A stretch of 64,000 nt of DNA from Terriglobia bacterium (GTDB lineage Bacteria; Acidobacteriota; Terriglobia; Terriglobales; Acidobacteriaceae): assembly GCA_963801545.1 (NCBI GenBank), contig CAWDFF010000042.1, positions 79,964 through 143,963 of the forward strand, written 5' to 3'. The notes under the pieces are model-generated. The model was not told the DNA's origin, ran no database searches, and was given only the letters and a program-made list of their open reading frames with translations. The position numbers and the translations under genes were made by a program. Numbering within the stretch: position 1 is the first letter of the stretch; each line of letters opens with the position of its first letter. Of the stretch, positions 48,048 through 57,860 are shown in pieces.

Positions 48048-49799
48048 ATGAACTCATGGCGTAAATGGCGGCTAGCCTGCATTGTGGGCATCACTGTGGC
48101 CTATGCAATTGTGGCGCTCAGTTCGTCCGCCGGATTCGCCATGCTCGCCTTTGGTGACATCACCCAGTTTTTATTGTTGTTTTTGGCCTTCGTGCTGATG
48201 GTTGCCAACGCGGTTTCCAATCGCGGACAAATTCGCTTGTTCTGGAGTCTGATGGCTCTGGGCTGCCTGTTGTGGTCCGGCAGCCTGGCCTTATGGACGC
48301 TTTACGAGGTGGTGCTACGCAGCCCATTACCCGAACCGTTTATGGGGGATTTGATCCTCTTTATCCATGTGGTGCCGTTCATGGCGGCGGTGGCTCTGCG
48401 TCCCCACCAGTCCGAGGAAAGGAAGCTTTACCTCAGCACGTTGAACTTCCTCATGTTGCTGGCCTGGTGGGTGTTCCTTTATGCGTTTATTGTTTTCCCC
48501 GACGAGTATGTAGTCCTCAACGTCGCGCTTTATAGTCCCCATTTCGACTTGCTCTATCTGGTGGAGAATCTGGCCATGCTGGGTGTGCTCGGCATGTTGG
48601 CGTGGAAGGCGCGCGATGTGTGGAAAGAGATTTACTGGAATCTCTTCATCGCTTCGGGACTCTACACGACAAGTTCGATGGTCACGAATGCTGCTATTGC
48701 TCGCGGTCAATACCACACCGGCAGCGTTTATGACATTCCGTTCGTCGCTTCCATCTGCTGGATGATCTGGGCCGCTTTGCTGGCGCGAAAATCGAAACCG
48801 GCTTGTGAGTCTGCCGCGGCGGAGCAATCGCCCTGGCAGATGCTTGCCCCGCGACTCGCCATGCTCGCCATGCTTTCTCTTCCCGTGATGGGTTATTGGG
48901 CGTGGTTTCGCGACCCGGTTGCGGCGACCAGGCAGTTCCGGCTGCTGGTCACGCTCGCAGCCATGCTGGTGCTCGGCTTGTTCGTATTTCTTCGCCAATA
49001 TCTGATGGACCGCGAACTGGTACGTCTGCTGGAAGAGTCGCGTTTGAGCCTGGAAAATCTGAAGCGCCTGCAGACCGAACTGGTGCAACGGGAAAAGCTG
49101 GCATCGCTGGCGCAACTGGTGTCCGGAGCTGCTCATGAGATCAATAATCCCCTGGCTGCGATTCTGGGATATTCCGAGTTGCTGACGTCCGACCCTGCTC
49201 TGGCGACGGACCAGGTCAACATGGCGCGCAAGATCGGCCAGCAGGCGCGGCGTACCCGGGAACTAGTCTCCAGCCTCCTCAGCTTCGCGCAACAATCACC
49301 GGGGGAAAAGACGCTGCTCGACATGGGATCACTGTTGCAGCGCGCCCTGCAAATGAAAATGCTTCGCATCGACAACAAGAACATCCGGCTCGAAAGTCGG
49401 ATTGCAACCGATCTTCCGCACATCCTCGGAAACATTAACCAGCTTTTCCAGTGCTGTGTCGAAATTATCGGGAACGCGACCGACGCTCTGGAAGAGGTGG
49501 GCGGCGGCACCTTGTCAGTGAGCGCCGTGCGGGAAGGCGACGAACTGGTACTGGAATTTTACGACTCCGGCCCCGGCGTTCGCGACCCGCAGCGCATCTT
49601 CGATCCCTTCTACACCACCAAGCCTGTGGGCAAAGGCATGGGACTTGGGCTCAGCGTCACGTACGGTATCGTTCAGGACCACAAAGGCCGGATCACTTGC
49701 CGGAATCTGCCTGAAGGCGGAGCCGCCTTTGAGCTTCGCTTTCCCGCAGCCAAACAGGTTGTGCCCAAGCTTGCTGAGACTGCGAAGGCGGCTGGCTGA
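48048..49799 (+). CDS. sensor histidine kinase with polytopic membrane N-domain
   Basis: About 8 TM helices. H-box SGAAHEINNPLAAILGYSELL and ATPase boxes DSGPGV and GKGMGLGLS. The ATG at 48048 is preferred over the TTG at 47991. No response regulator is adjacent. Confidence 0.85.
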   Translation: MNSWRKWRLACIVGITVAYAIVALSSSAGFAMLAFGDITQFLLLFLAFVLMVANAVSNRGQIRLFWSLMALGCLLWSGSLALWTLYEVVLRSPLPEPFMGDLILFIHVVPFMAAVALRPHQSEERKLYLSTLNFLMLLAWWVFLYAFIVFPDEYVVLNVALYSPHFDLLYLVENLAMLGVLGMLAWKARDVWKEIYWNLFIASGLYTTSSMVTNAAIARGQYHTGSVYDIPFVASICWMIWAALLARKSKPACESAAAEQSPWQMLAPRLAMLAMLSLPVMGYWAWFRDPVAATRQFRLLVTLAAMLVLGLFVFLRQYLMDRELVRLLEESRLSLENLKRLQTELVQREKLASLAQLVSGAAHEINNPLAAILGYSELLTSDPALATDQVNMARKIGQQARRTRELVSSLLSFAQQSPGEKTLLDMGSLLQRALQMKMLRIDNKNIRLESRIATDLPHILGNINQLFQCCVEIIGNATDALEEVGGGTLSVSAVREGDELVLEFYDSGPGVRDPQRIFDPFYTTKPVGKGMGLGLSVTYGIVQDHKGRITCRNLPEGGAAFELRFPAAKQVVPKLAETAKAAG

Positions 49800-49873
49800 G
49801 TGGTTGAAATGTCCCGTGGCCGTTCGCGCCAGATGTCAACACCTCTGTAGCTCATCGGGCGGCTTCTTGTAAC

Positions 49874-52435
49874 ATGAAGGCGATGCCGCCCCGCCCACTC
49901 ACTCACACTAGCGCCCGGGTACTGGAATTCGAGCCCCTGCGCGAGTTGATCCAGGGATACGCCTCTTCGCCTCTCGGGCAGGAGAGGATTGCCGCTCTTT
50001 CTCCATCTGTCGATCCCGATTGGATACGAGAACAACATCAGCTCACCACTGAAATTCGCGAGTTTCGCCGGGTTGGAGGCCGCTTCGAGTTCTCCGGACT
50101 GATGGACATCTCAAGATTTGTAGAAGAGTCTCGAATTTCCGGCGCGCTTCTTGAAACTACCGAGATTCGCGATGTGGTGCTGGTCGTTGACCGGGCGGCG
50201 GAGTGGCGGGAAATTGCCCTCAGCCCGCCCGCGGCCATGAAGGTGGAGTGGAACGCGGTGGCCCAACTTTCCTCCGGCATCACCGACTTCACCGATTTCC
50301 TGCGCACCTTTCGCAACAAGATCCAGCCGGACGGCACACTGGAAGACCGGGCCTCGCCGGAGCTGGCTCGGATCCGCCGGGAGATCGAACGACAAAGGCG
50401 AACGATCCAGGAATCGCTGCGCGGCTACCTTCGCCGGCTGGCCGAAGGCGGCGCGGTGCAGGATGAACTGGTCACGATCCGGGGCGAGCGCTTCGTTATA
50501 CCGATCAAGATCGAACAGAAACGCCGGGTGCAAGGAGTCGTACACGGCGCCAGCTCCAGCGGACAGACCGTCTTCGTAGAACCACTGGAGACTATCGAAC
50601 AGAACAACGAACTGGTGCGTCTGCTGGATGAAGAACAAGCCGAAGTCCATCGCATTCTGCTGGAGATGACACGGCGCATCGGGGAAAATGCGGGCGCAAT
50701 CTTGCTCGCGGTGGAGACATTGGCTGACCTGGAACTGCAGTTTGCCAAGGCTCGCTTCGCTGAAGACTACAGCTGCGTGCCTGTGAAGTTTCCTGAAGAA
50801 CAGCTCGCGACAGTGCACAACTCGAGCACAGAGCGAGACTCCAGGGTGGAGCAGGGCTTTAGCCCTGCATATGAGCGGCCCAAAACAGCCGGGGCTTCAG
50901 CCCCTGAGGGACCCGAGCGAGCGGGGCTCATTCTTCACAACGCGCGCCACCCGCTGCTCGAGCGAAACCTCAAGGCGAAGGGCGGCCGCGTCGTCCCCAT
51001 CAGCATCGAGATGGAGGCGGAACGTCTCGAACTGGTCATCACCGGCCCCAACACCGGCGGCAAAACGGTAGCCTTGAAAACTGTGGGCTTGCTGGCCTTG
51101 ATGGCACAGGCCGGCATACCCGTTCCCGCGGATCGAGCCGAGCTGCCGGTTTTCGACGCGGTGCTGGCCGATATCGGTGACTACCAGTCGATTGAGCAGA
51201 ACCTGTCGACCTTCTCGGCGCACGTCACCAACATCGACTTCGTCTCACGCACTGCGACATCGCGATCGCTTGTACTCCTGGACGAGCTCGGCTCGGCCAC
51301 CGACCCCGAAGAAGGAGCGGCTCTGGCAGTTGCCATCGCGGACTATTTCCGCCGGATCGGATGCATCACGATAATCTCCACGCACCACACTTCGCTCAAG
51401 GTATATGGCGCGAACACTCCGGGAGTGGTGAACTCCTCGGTCGGATTCGACGAAGCCACGCTGCAACCCACGTATGAACTGAAAATCGGCGTGCCGGGCG
51501 CGTCCGCAGGTCTCAACATCGCGCAGCGCCTGGGACTGAACGCGACCATCATTGACGCCGCGCGGTCGCGCCTGGGGACGCAGGCCAGAGATGTTGGTCA
51601 ATTTCTGGACCGACTGCATGAGCAACTGCGCGAAGCGGAGGCCGATCGCTTACGGCTGAAAACCCGCGAAGAAGACCTGGAACGGGACAAGACGCGCCTC
51701 GCCGCGGAAGGCCGGAAAGAGCAACAGGCCCGGATCAAAGAAATGGAGAAAAAGCTCGACACCGTGCTGCGCGATTTCGAGTACCAGGCACGAGAGACGG
51801 TCAATGCCATCCAGGACCGGGCTGCGTCACAGAAGCTCTCGAAAGACGTCGAGCGGCGTATCTCCAAACTGCGGCGCGAATTTCGCGAGCAGTTCGATTC
51901 CACCGTGGTCGCGCATACCACAGGCGCTGATCAGGGCGACCCCAATGCCCAGCCGAAAGTGGTAAAGCACGTGTCCGAGGGCGACACAGTCAAACTCAAA
52001 TCCGTGGGACGCCCGGCGGTGGTCAGCCGGCGGCTCGACGACAATCACTTCGAAGTCGAAATCGGCGTCATGAAAATGAAGATTGCGCGCGACGACATCG
52101 CCGAAGTGCTGGTACGCGCCGCCGACTCGCCGGTGAAGGCCGCCCGCGCGCGCGGGGTTTCGGTGTCGCTGGAGAAAGAAGACGCGAACGTGCCCTCGGA
52201 AATCAACGTGATCGGGCGCACAGTGGACGACGCCACCCGCGAGGTAGAAAAATTCGTCGACCGCGCCTTTCTGGCAGGTTTACCGCGGGTACGGGTGGTT
52301 CATGGCAGCGGCATGGGGATTTTGCGGAAAGCGCTGCGGCAGTATCTGCAGAAGCATCCACACGTGGAATCGGTAAGCGAGCCTCCGCAGAATGAAGGTG
52401 GGGGCGGGGCAACGGTGGTGGAGCTGCGAGTGTAG
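49874..52435 (+). CDS. mutS2: endonuclease MutS2 (with repeat-derived in-frame insertion)
   Basis: Walker A GPNTGGKT, DELGSATDP and C-terminal Smr domain (VVHGSGMGILRKAL). Confidence 0.95.
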   Translation: MKAMPPRPLTHTSARVLEFEPLRELIQGYASSPLGQERIAALSPSVDPDWIREQHQLTTEIREFRRVGGRFEFSGLMDISRFVEESRISGALLETTEIRDVVLVVDRAAEWREIALSPPAAMKVEWNAVAQLSSGITDFTDFLRTFRNKIQPDGTLEDRASPELARIRREIERQRRTIQESLRGYLRRLAEGGAVQDELVTIRGERFVIPIKIEQKRRVQGVVHGASSSGQTVFVEPLETIEQNNELVRLLDEEQAEVHRILLEMTRRIGENAGAILLAVETLADLELQFAKARFAEDYSCVPVKFPEEQLATVHNSSTERDSRVEQGFSPAYERPKTAGASAPEGPERAGLILHNARHPLLERNLKAKGGRVVPISIEMEAERLELVITGPNTGGKTVALKTVGLLALMAQAGIPVPADRAELPVFDAVLADIGDYQSIEQNLSTFSAHVTNIDFVSRTATSRSLVLLDELGSATDPEEGAALAVAIADYFRRIGCITIISTHHTSLKVYGANTPGVVNSSVGFDEATLQPTYELKIGVPGASAGLNIAQRLGLNATIIDAARSRLGTQARDVGQFLDRLHEQLREAEADRLRLKTREEDLERDKTRLAAEGRKEQQARIKEMEKKLDTVLRDFEYQARETVNAIQDRAASQKLSKDVERRISKLRREFREQFDSTVVAHTTGADQGDPNAQPKVVKHVSEGDTVKLKSVGRPAVVSRRLDDNHFEVEIGVMKMKIARDDIAEVLVRAADSPVKAARARGVSVSLEKEDANVPSEINVIGRTVDDATREVEKFVDRAFLAGLPRVRVVHGSGMGILRKALRQYLQKHPHVESVSEPPQNEGGGGATVVELRV

Positions 52436-52442
52436 CGCCGTT

Positions 52443-52514
52443 CTGAGGGTAGGGGTGCTTCGACTGCGAATGAGCGGTCGCGAGCGACCGCTCTTCCTAC
52501 GCTCAGCATGACAG
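52443..52514. repeat. solo right-end copy of the GIY-YIG-carrying element
   Basis: 70 of 72 nt are identical to 52982-53053 (counted by eye). It starts 8 nt after the mutS2 stop. Confidence 0.85.
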
Positions 52515-52548
52515 AAAGGAGAGTACCGAATCGGTCCTGTCGGCAACT

Positions 52549-52576
52549 GCTTTGTGACGCCCGTCACAGCTTTTTC
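52549..52576 (+). terminator. weak terminator-like hairpin
   Basis: TGTGAC-GCCC-GTCACA followed by GCTTTTT. Confidence 0.35.
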
Positions 52577-52595
52577 TGAGCTTCAAACCTACCTT

Positions 52596-53053
52596 GTCAT
52601 CCTGAGCGAGGCCGCTTCTTCGCTTGCGAAGAAGCGGAGAGTCGAAGGACCCCTACTCCCTCATGCGATCTCGACGAGAGCGACGAAGCTACTACGTTTA
52701 CGTCATGGCGAGCCTCTCAGGCACACTCTACATCGGCTTGACGAGCAATCTGCACAAGCGAGCGTTCGAGCACAAGTTTCACCGGATCGAAGGTTTCACC
52801 GATGATTACGACGTCGAGCGCCTTCTCTACTGGGAGTCGTACGATGATGTTCACAAAGCTATCGGGCGCGAGAAGCAACTGAAGGGCTGGCGGCGGGACA
52901 AGAAGATTGTATTGATCAAGTCCATGAATCCGCAGTGGCTGGACTTGAGTAAAGACTGGTATCCGGGAATGGACGATCGTTCCGAGGGTAGGGGTGCTTC
53001 GACTGCGAATGAGCGGTCGCCAGCGACCGCTCTTCCTACGCTCAGCATGACAG
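52596..53053 (+). mobile_element. palindromic-end element carrying a GIY-YIG nuclease gene (candidate autonomous MITE parent)
   Basis: The left end is GTCATCCTGAGCG + palindrome + GTCGAAGGACCCCTAC (52596-52656). The right end is GTAGGGGTGCTTCGAC + palindrome + CGCTCAGCATGAC (to 53051). Both the outer 13-mers and the inner 16-mers are inverted repeats. Confidence 0.6.
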
Positions 53054-53070
53054 CGAAAAAGTGTGGGTGA
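52663..53070 (+). CDS. GIY-YIG nuclease family protein (small, stand-alone)
   Basis: YYVYVMASLSGTLYIGLTSNLHKRAFEH...REKQLKGWRRDKK is the GIY-YIG core. The ATG at 52663 is preferred over the track start at 52624. The C-terminal ~30 codons read through the right-end repeat. Confidence 0.85.
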   Translation: MRSRRERRSYYVYVMASLSGTLYIGLTSNLHKRAFEHKFHRIEGFTDDYDVERLLYWESYDDVHKAIGREKQLKGWRRDKKIVLIKSMNPQWLDLSKDWYPGMDDRSEGRGASTANERSPATALPTLSMTAKKCG

Positions 53071-53202
53071 AGAGCAGGTTTTTCCTCGCGATCAACGGGA
53101 TAAGCTTGTATTCCACAGCTTCTCCACAGCAATCTGATTCCGGTATATTCAAATCAGCGGCTTCCAGCCTCACAATTCCTGCGGATAGCTGTGCCTCCAG
53201 CC

Positions 53203-55260
53203 ATGACCGACTCCGGCGACTTCAAGGAAACCGTCAAGCAGCAGGCGGACATCGTTCGCATTGTGGGCGACTACGTCAAGCTGAAGAAGGCGGGGGCGCA
53301 AAACTACTCCGGCCTCTGTCCCTTTCATAACGAGAAGACGCCATCTTTTTCAGTGCACGCCACACGGCAGTTCTATCACTGCTTCGGGTGCGGCGTGTCC
53401 GGCGATGTTTTCAGCTTCGTGCAGAAAATCGAGAACATTACCTTCCCGGAAGCGGTGCGGGCCGTGGCGCAGAAGCTGGGCATTGCCCTGCCCAAAGTGA
53501 ATTTTTCGAGTCCAGCAGAGGCCAAAGAAGCAAAGTTGCGCACGGTGCTGCTTGAGGTCCATGAGAAGGCCTGCGCCTTCTTTCAGGAGTATCTCAAGCG
53601 ACCGGAAGGCGCTCACGCCCGCGAATATCTGGCCGGGCGCGGGCTGAATGAGGAGATGATCAAAGCCTTCCGGATCGGCTTTGCGCCTGACTCGGGGTTT
53701 GTGTTGCGCGACCGGATGAAGGGCGAGTTCCAGGAGGAAGTACTGCGGGAAAGCGGTCTGTTCTCGTGGAAAGTGGCAAACAGCCCTCAGCCCTCAGCCC
53801 TCAGCCCTCAGCCAAACACCAGGTCCCTCGACTCCGCCCGGGATGACGGGGAAGGGGTGGGGACGCGAAGCGATCTCGCGTCCAACGATGGTGAGCCAAC
53901 GAGCGGATTGGGTTCGCAGGTTGGGTCTCAAACCACCAGTTCTCAGATACCAGTTCTCGGTTCTCGGCCAGAGTCCGCGTCCGACGCCCGAGGTCCGGTT
54001 TTCTACTCCAAGTTCCGCAACCGGGTGCTGTTCCCCATCACCAACGAGGCCGGGCGTGTGATTGCGTTTACCGGGCGCACGCTCTCCACTGACGAAAAGG
54101 CTGGTCCTAAATATTTGAATTCGCCTGAGACCGCGATCTATTCCAAGTCGAAGGTACTGTTCAATCTCGACCGGGCAAAGGAATCGATTCGCAAGCTGGA
54201 CTATGCCATCCTGGTCGAAGGCCAGATGGACTGCATCTCGGTGTTTGCCGCCGGCTTTCACAACGTAATCGCCAGCTCGGGCACGGCGTTCACCGAGCTC
54301 CAGGCCCGTCTTCTGGGGCGCTTCAGCAAGAACGTAGTGGTCAATTTTGATCCGGATACGGCGGGCGCCAAGGCTACGGAGCGGACCCTGGGTCTGCTGG
54401 TGGAAGAAGAATTCCAGGTCAAGGTCCTTACGCTGGAGGCAGGCTTCGACCCTGATCTGTTCATCCGCAGGAAGGGTAAAGACGCCTATGCCAGCGCCCT
54501 GAGAAATTCGCAGAAGTACTTCGACTATCTGATCGAACGCGCCCGCTCCCAGTTCCCTGTCCGCAGTGCCGAGGGCAAGGTCAAGGCGGTGAACTATCTG
54601 CTGCCGCACATTCAGCGCGTGCCCAGCCGCATTGTTCGCGACGAACTAGCCCGCGAGATGGCGCAAAAGCTGGGCATCGACTCGTCCGTGCTGCGCCAGG
54701 AGCTGAAGCATGCCGCTGCCAACCGGTCCATGGCCAGCGTGAAAGCGCTCGCCGTGGTTCAGGTCACCGATGCGGAAAGGATACTGATCCGGGCCCTGGC
54801 CTCGGCCACCGAGATGCAGACTTCCGAAGAGCATCTTTCCGCCCGCGACGGCGCGGAAGAGGAATTCGATCCCGCGCGCCAGGCGCAATTTGTCCTCAAG
54901 AGCGAGAGCCTTCACCATGGGCTGGCAACCGAGTCGCTGATCGAAGTCCTGCTCGGCGCGTGGGCGGAAACCATGCACGTCACGGATCTACCGTTGCCGG
55001 ACGCCGACCGCGGATTGCTGGCCTCCATCCTCATGAAGGAGGACGAAGAGCTTACTGCCGAACGCATCGAGGGGGCGGTGCGCGGGCTGCGGCGCATTCA
55101 GCTCAGGCGCAAGTTGGAGAGGGTACAGAGGGAGCTGCAGGCCACGCGAGGACAGGGGGGCGGTCAGATGCAAGCCCTGCTGGAGGAAAAAGTCCGGCTC
55201 AAGCGGGCCCTTATGGACGCCAGTCTGGCCGATGAGGGCCCTGCCGCCCGGCCCGCGTAG
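53203..55260 (+). CDS. dnaG: DNA primase (with ~75-codon repeat-derived insertion)
   Basis: Zinc finger CPFHNEKTPSFSV..HCFGCGVSGD, RNA-pol core FRNRVLFPI..GRVIAFTGR..KYLNSPET and TOPRIM ILVEGQMDCI. Confidence 0.95.
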   Translation: MTDSGDFKETVKQQADIVRIVGDYVKLKKAGAQNYSGLCPFHNEKTPSFSVHATRQFYHCFGCGVSGDVFSFVQKIENITFPEAVRAVAQKLGIALPKVNFSSPAEAKEAKLRTVLLEVHEKACAFFQEYLKRPEGAHAREYLAGRGLNEEMIKAFRIGFAPDSGFVLRDRMKGEFQEEVLRESGLFSWKVANSPQPSALSPQPNTRSLDSARDDGEGVGTRSDLASNDGEPTSGLGSQVGSQTTSSQIPVLGSRPESASDARGPVFYSKFRNRVLFPITNEAGRVIAFTGRTLSTDEKAGPKYLNSPETAIYSKSKVLFNLDRAKESIRKLDYAILVEGQMDCISVFAAGFHNVIASSGTAFTELQARLLGRFSKNVVVNFDPDTAGAKATERTLGLLVEEEFQVKVLTLEAGFDPDLFIRRKGKDAYASALRNSQKYFDYLIERARSQFPVRSAEGKVKAVNYLLPHIQRVPSRIVRDELAREMAQKLGIDSSVLRQELKHAAANRSMASVKALAVVQVTDAERILIRALASATEMQTSEEHLSARDGAEEEFDPARQAQFVLKSESLHHGLATESLIEVLLGAWAETMHVTDLPLPDADRGLLASILMKEDEELTAERIEGAVRGLRRIQLRRKLERVQRELQATRGQGGGQMQALLEEKVRLKRALMDASLADEGPAARPA

Positions 55261-55360
55261 TTAAAGGAAACTCTATGAAACTAAATGAGGTTTGGTGCCA
55301 TCTAAGTTAATAGTTGACGGGAGCATGGACGGAGTGCGTCGAAATCAGGCAAGCGCCGGG

Positions 55361-55389
55361 TGTGCAACAGGCAAAGCGGGTGCTATAAT
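55361..55389 (+). promoter_or_regulatory. candidate rpoD promoter (TGTGCA-N17-TGcTATAAT)
   Basis: Extended -10 GGTGCTATAAT, with TATAAT at 55384-55389, about 100 nt upstream of rpoD. Confidence 0.4.
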
Positions 55390-55489
55390 CTGAAAGTTTG
55401 TGCCCGGTGCGCAGCTCCGCCGCTCCACGTTCCCACCGCTAAAAAACGTTACAGGTCCTTTCCGTAGGACGAGAAGAGGGTAATCCGTC

Positions 55490-57184
55490 TTGGCTCTAGA
55501 CGACAAGTACGACGATATCAAAAAGCTGATCGACACAGGTAAAGAGAAGGGATATCTGACCTACGATCAGGTCAACGACCTTATCCCGCACGACGTGCAT
55601 TCTCCCGAGGACCTGGACGATCTGCTGACCACCATTGGTACGCAAGGCATCGATGTGCTGGAGGGACCCAAGCTTCCCTCCTCCGCGCTCGATAAGAAAT
55701 TCGAAGAAGAAGGAGAGGTCGGCGAAGATGTCGAGCTCGACCTGACTCCTGGCGCTCTCGAAAAAACCAACGACCCCGTCCGCATGTATCTCCGCGAGAT
55801 GGGGACTGTACCGCTGCTGACGCGCGAAGGCGAAGTGGAAATCGCCAAGCGCATTGAGCGCGGGCAACTGCGAGTCTTAAAGGCTCTGTCCCGTTCTCCG
55901 ATCGTCATCAACGAACTTCTGGCGATGGGGGAAGACCTCAAGAAAGGCGTCCGCTCCATCAAGGAAGTGGTCACCTTCGACGAGGAGGAGATCACCGATG
56001 AAATCCTCCAAAATCGGCTAAAGGAGTTCACCGGAAAGATCGACGACCTGGCCAAGGCTTATAAGAAGGCCGGGGTGTTGATCGAGAAGTTCGCCGCAGT
56101 TTCACAAAAGAAGCGCCCCAAGGACTATCGCCGCTATCGCCTGAATCTGGCGCGTGCGGTGGTGGCCGTTTCTCTTTGTGTCCGGAAACTGGGTTTCACC
56201 AACGCTGAGCGCAAGCGGCTGATCGACCGGGTAAACAAGACGGTCGACACCATGCGGTCCCTTGACCGGCAATCCCAGAACCTGGAACGCAAAGCGGACG
56301 CGACCCGCAGTGAGGAGCAGAAGAAGGAGTACCGGCGGCAATCGCGCTCGGTCCGGTCTGAACTGGAGAAACTGGAGGGCGAAGCTGGAGTTTCCTTTCA
56401 GGAGCTCAAGCGGACCCAACGAGAAATCATCCAGGGTGACATGGATGCGGAGCAGGCCAAGCGGGAACTGATCGAGGCCAACCTCCGCCTGGTGGTTTCC
56501 ATCGCCAAGAAGTACACCAACCGCGGTTTGCAGTTCCTGGATCTCATCCAGGAAGGCAACATCGGTTTAATGAAGGCAGTGGACAAGTTCGAATACCGCC
56601 GCGGGTATAAGTTTTCGACGTATGCCACGTGGTGGATTCGGCAGGCGATTACTCGTGCAATTGCTGATCAGGCGCGTACGATTCGTATCCCTGTTCACAT
56701 GATCGAGACGATCAACAAGCTGATCCGCACTTCGCGGCAGCTGGTGCAGGAACTGGGACGCGAACCTACGTCGGAAGAAATCGCCAAGCGCATGGACATT
56801 CCGGTCGCCAAAGTGCGCAAGGTGCTGAAGATCGCGCAGGAGCCGATCTCTCTCGAAACGCCCATCGGCGAAGAGGAAGATTCGCACCTGGGCGACTTCA
56901 TTGAAGACCGCGCCGTGGTCTCGCCCGCCGAGGCCGTGATCAACGTCAACTTGAAAGACCAGACTTCGCAGGTGCTGCGTACTCTCACGCCGCGCGAGGA
57001 AAAAGTTATCAAGATGCGATTTGGTCTGGAAGACGGTTCGGAGCACACGCTGGAGGAAGTAGGCCAGTCGTTCGCAGTAACCCGCGAGCGCATTCGCCAA
57101 ATCGAGGCAAAGGCGTTGCGGAAATTGCGGCATCCCTCGCGTTCGCGGAAGTTGCGAGCGTTTCTGGATGGGGTCAGGGACTGA
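55490..57184 (+). CDS. rpoD: RNA polymerase sigma factor RpoD
   Basis: Regions 1.1-4.2 are present ([62 protein letters not shown]). TTG start. Confidence 0.95.
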   Translation: MALDDKYDDIKKLIDTGKEKGYLTYDQVNDLIPHDVHSPEDLDDLLTTIGTQGIDVLEGPKLPSSALDKKFEEEGEVGEDVELDLTPGALEKTNDPVRMYLREMGTVPLLTREGEVEIAKRIERGQLRVLKALSRSPIVINELLAMGEDLKKGVRSIKEVVTFDEEEITDEILQNRLKEFTGKIDDLAKAYKKAGVLIEKFAAVSQKKRPKDYRRYRLNLARAVVAVSLCVRKLGFTNAERKRLIDRVNKTVDTMRSLDRQSQNLERKADATRSEEQKKEYRRQSRSVRSELEKLEGEAGVSFQELKRTQREIIQGDMDAEQAKRELIEANLRLVVSIAKKYTNRGLQFLDLIQEGNIGLMKAVDKFEYRRGYKFSTYATWWIRQAITRAIADQARTIRIPVHMIETINKLIRTSRQLVQELGREPTSEEIAKRMDIPVAKVRKVLKIAQEPISLETPIGEEEDSHLGDFIEDRAVVSPAEAVINVNLKDQTSQVLRTLTPREEKVIKMRFGLEDGSEHTLEEVGQSFAVTRERIRQIEAKALRKLRHPSRSRKLRAFLDGVRD

Positions 57185-57191
57185 AATTCTT

Positions 57192-57215
57192 GCCACGGTT
57201 TACGCGGATCAACAC
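57192..57215. repeat. left half of a GCCACGGAT-type element
   Basis: GCCACGGTTTACGCGGATCAACAC resembles the left arms of copies 1-3. This is a weaker match than the right half. Confidence 0.5.
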
Positions 57216-57220
57216 AGATA

Positions 57221-57254
57221 GGGCACGGCTTCAAGTCGGTGCCCTTTTGTTTTC
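57221..57254 (+). terminator. intrinsic terminator after rpoD
   Basis: GGGCACGGC-TTCAAGT-CGGTGCCC followed by TTTTGTTTTC. Confidence 0.7.
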
Positions 57255-57269
57255 TTTGCCGGCCGCGCT

Positions 57270-57566
57270 TCAGCTTGTTTCCTGGAGAGTTGCCGCTTGT
57301 CCAAGCCGGCGCACTGCCGGCTGCTTGCTTCGACTTGCCTGCCAGAGATCATATTGGCTCTGCATGTTCATCCAAAGTTCGGGAGTTGTGCCCAAGGCAG
57401 CGGCGAGACGAAGAGCCATGCTCGCCGAAATGCCGGCCTTGCCATTCAGGACCCGCGACAAGGTCACGCGAGTGACTCTCAAGTGGGCGGCGGCGACCGA
57501 CACCGCCGTCTTCCCCAAATATTCCCTGAGCACCAGTCCGGGGTGCGGCGGGTTGTGCATTCTCAT
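57270..57566 (-). CDS. higA: HigA-family antitoxin (XRE HTH)
   Basis: [13 protein letters not shown]...[45 protein letters not shown] is the canonical HigA pattern. Confidence 0.9.
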   Translation of the reverse strand: MRMHNPPHPGLVLREYLGKTAVSVAAAHLRVTRVTLSRVLNGKAGISASMALRLAAALGTTPELWMNMQSQYDLWQASRSKQPAVRRLGQAATLQETS

Positions 57567-57574
57567 AACGGCTC

Positions 57575-57853
57575 CTAGTGATAGTCCTGATAGTCGACGA
57601 GGATCGCGTCCTCATCTTCCAACCGAAACGTCAGACGCCAGTTTCCGCTCACGCTGACTGCCCGGTGATCGGCCAGTGTTCCAGCGAGCCGGTGAAGCTT
57701 CCATCCCGAGGCATTCATGTCTGCCGGAGTTCGTGCGCTATCCAGCGCAAACAGCTGAAGACGCAGCCGGGCTGCATGCTTGGGCTGGATTCCGGCCTTT
57801 GATCCGGTCCGAAAGAACTTCTCCAGGCCACGATGGCGGAAGCTCTGAATCAC
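57575..57853 (-). CDS. higB: HigB toxin (RelE/ParE superfamily, plasmid maintenance system killer)
   Basis: (V)IQSFRHRGLEKFF...GWKLHRLAGTLADHRAVSVSGNWRLTF. The GTG start (rc at 57851-57853) gives 92 aa. The 204-aa track ORF is an upstream run-on. Confidence 0.85.
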   Translation of the reverse strand: MIQSFRHRGLEKFFRTGSKAGIQPKHAARLRLQLFALDSARTPADMNASGWKLHRLAGTLADHRAVSVSGNWRLTFRLEDEDAILVDYQDYH

Positions 57854-57860
57854 TACGTAT

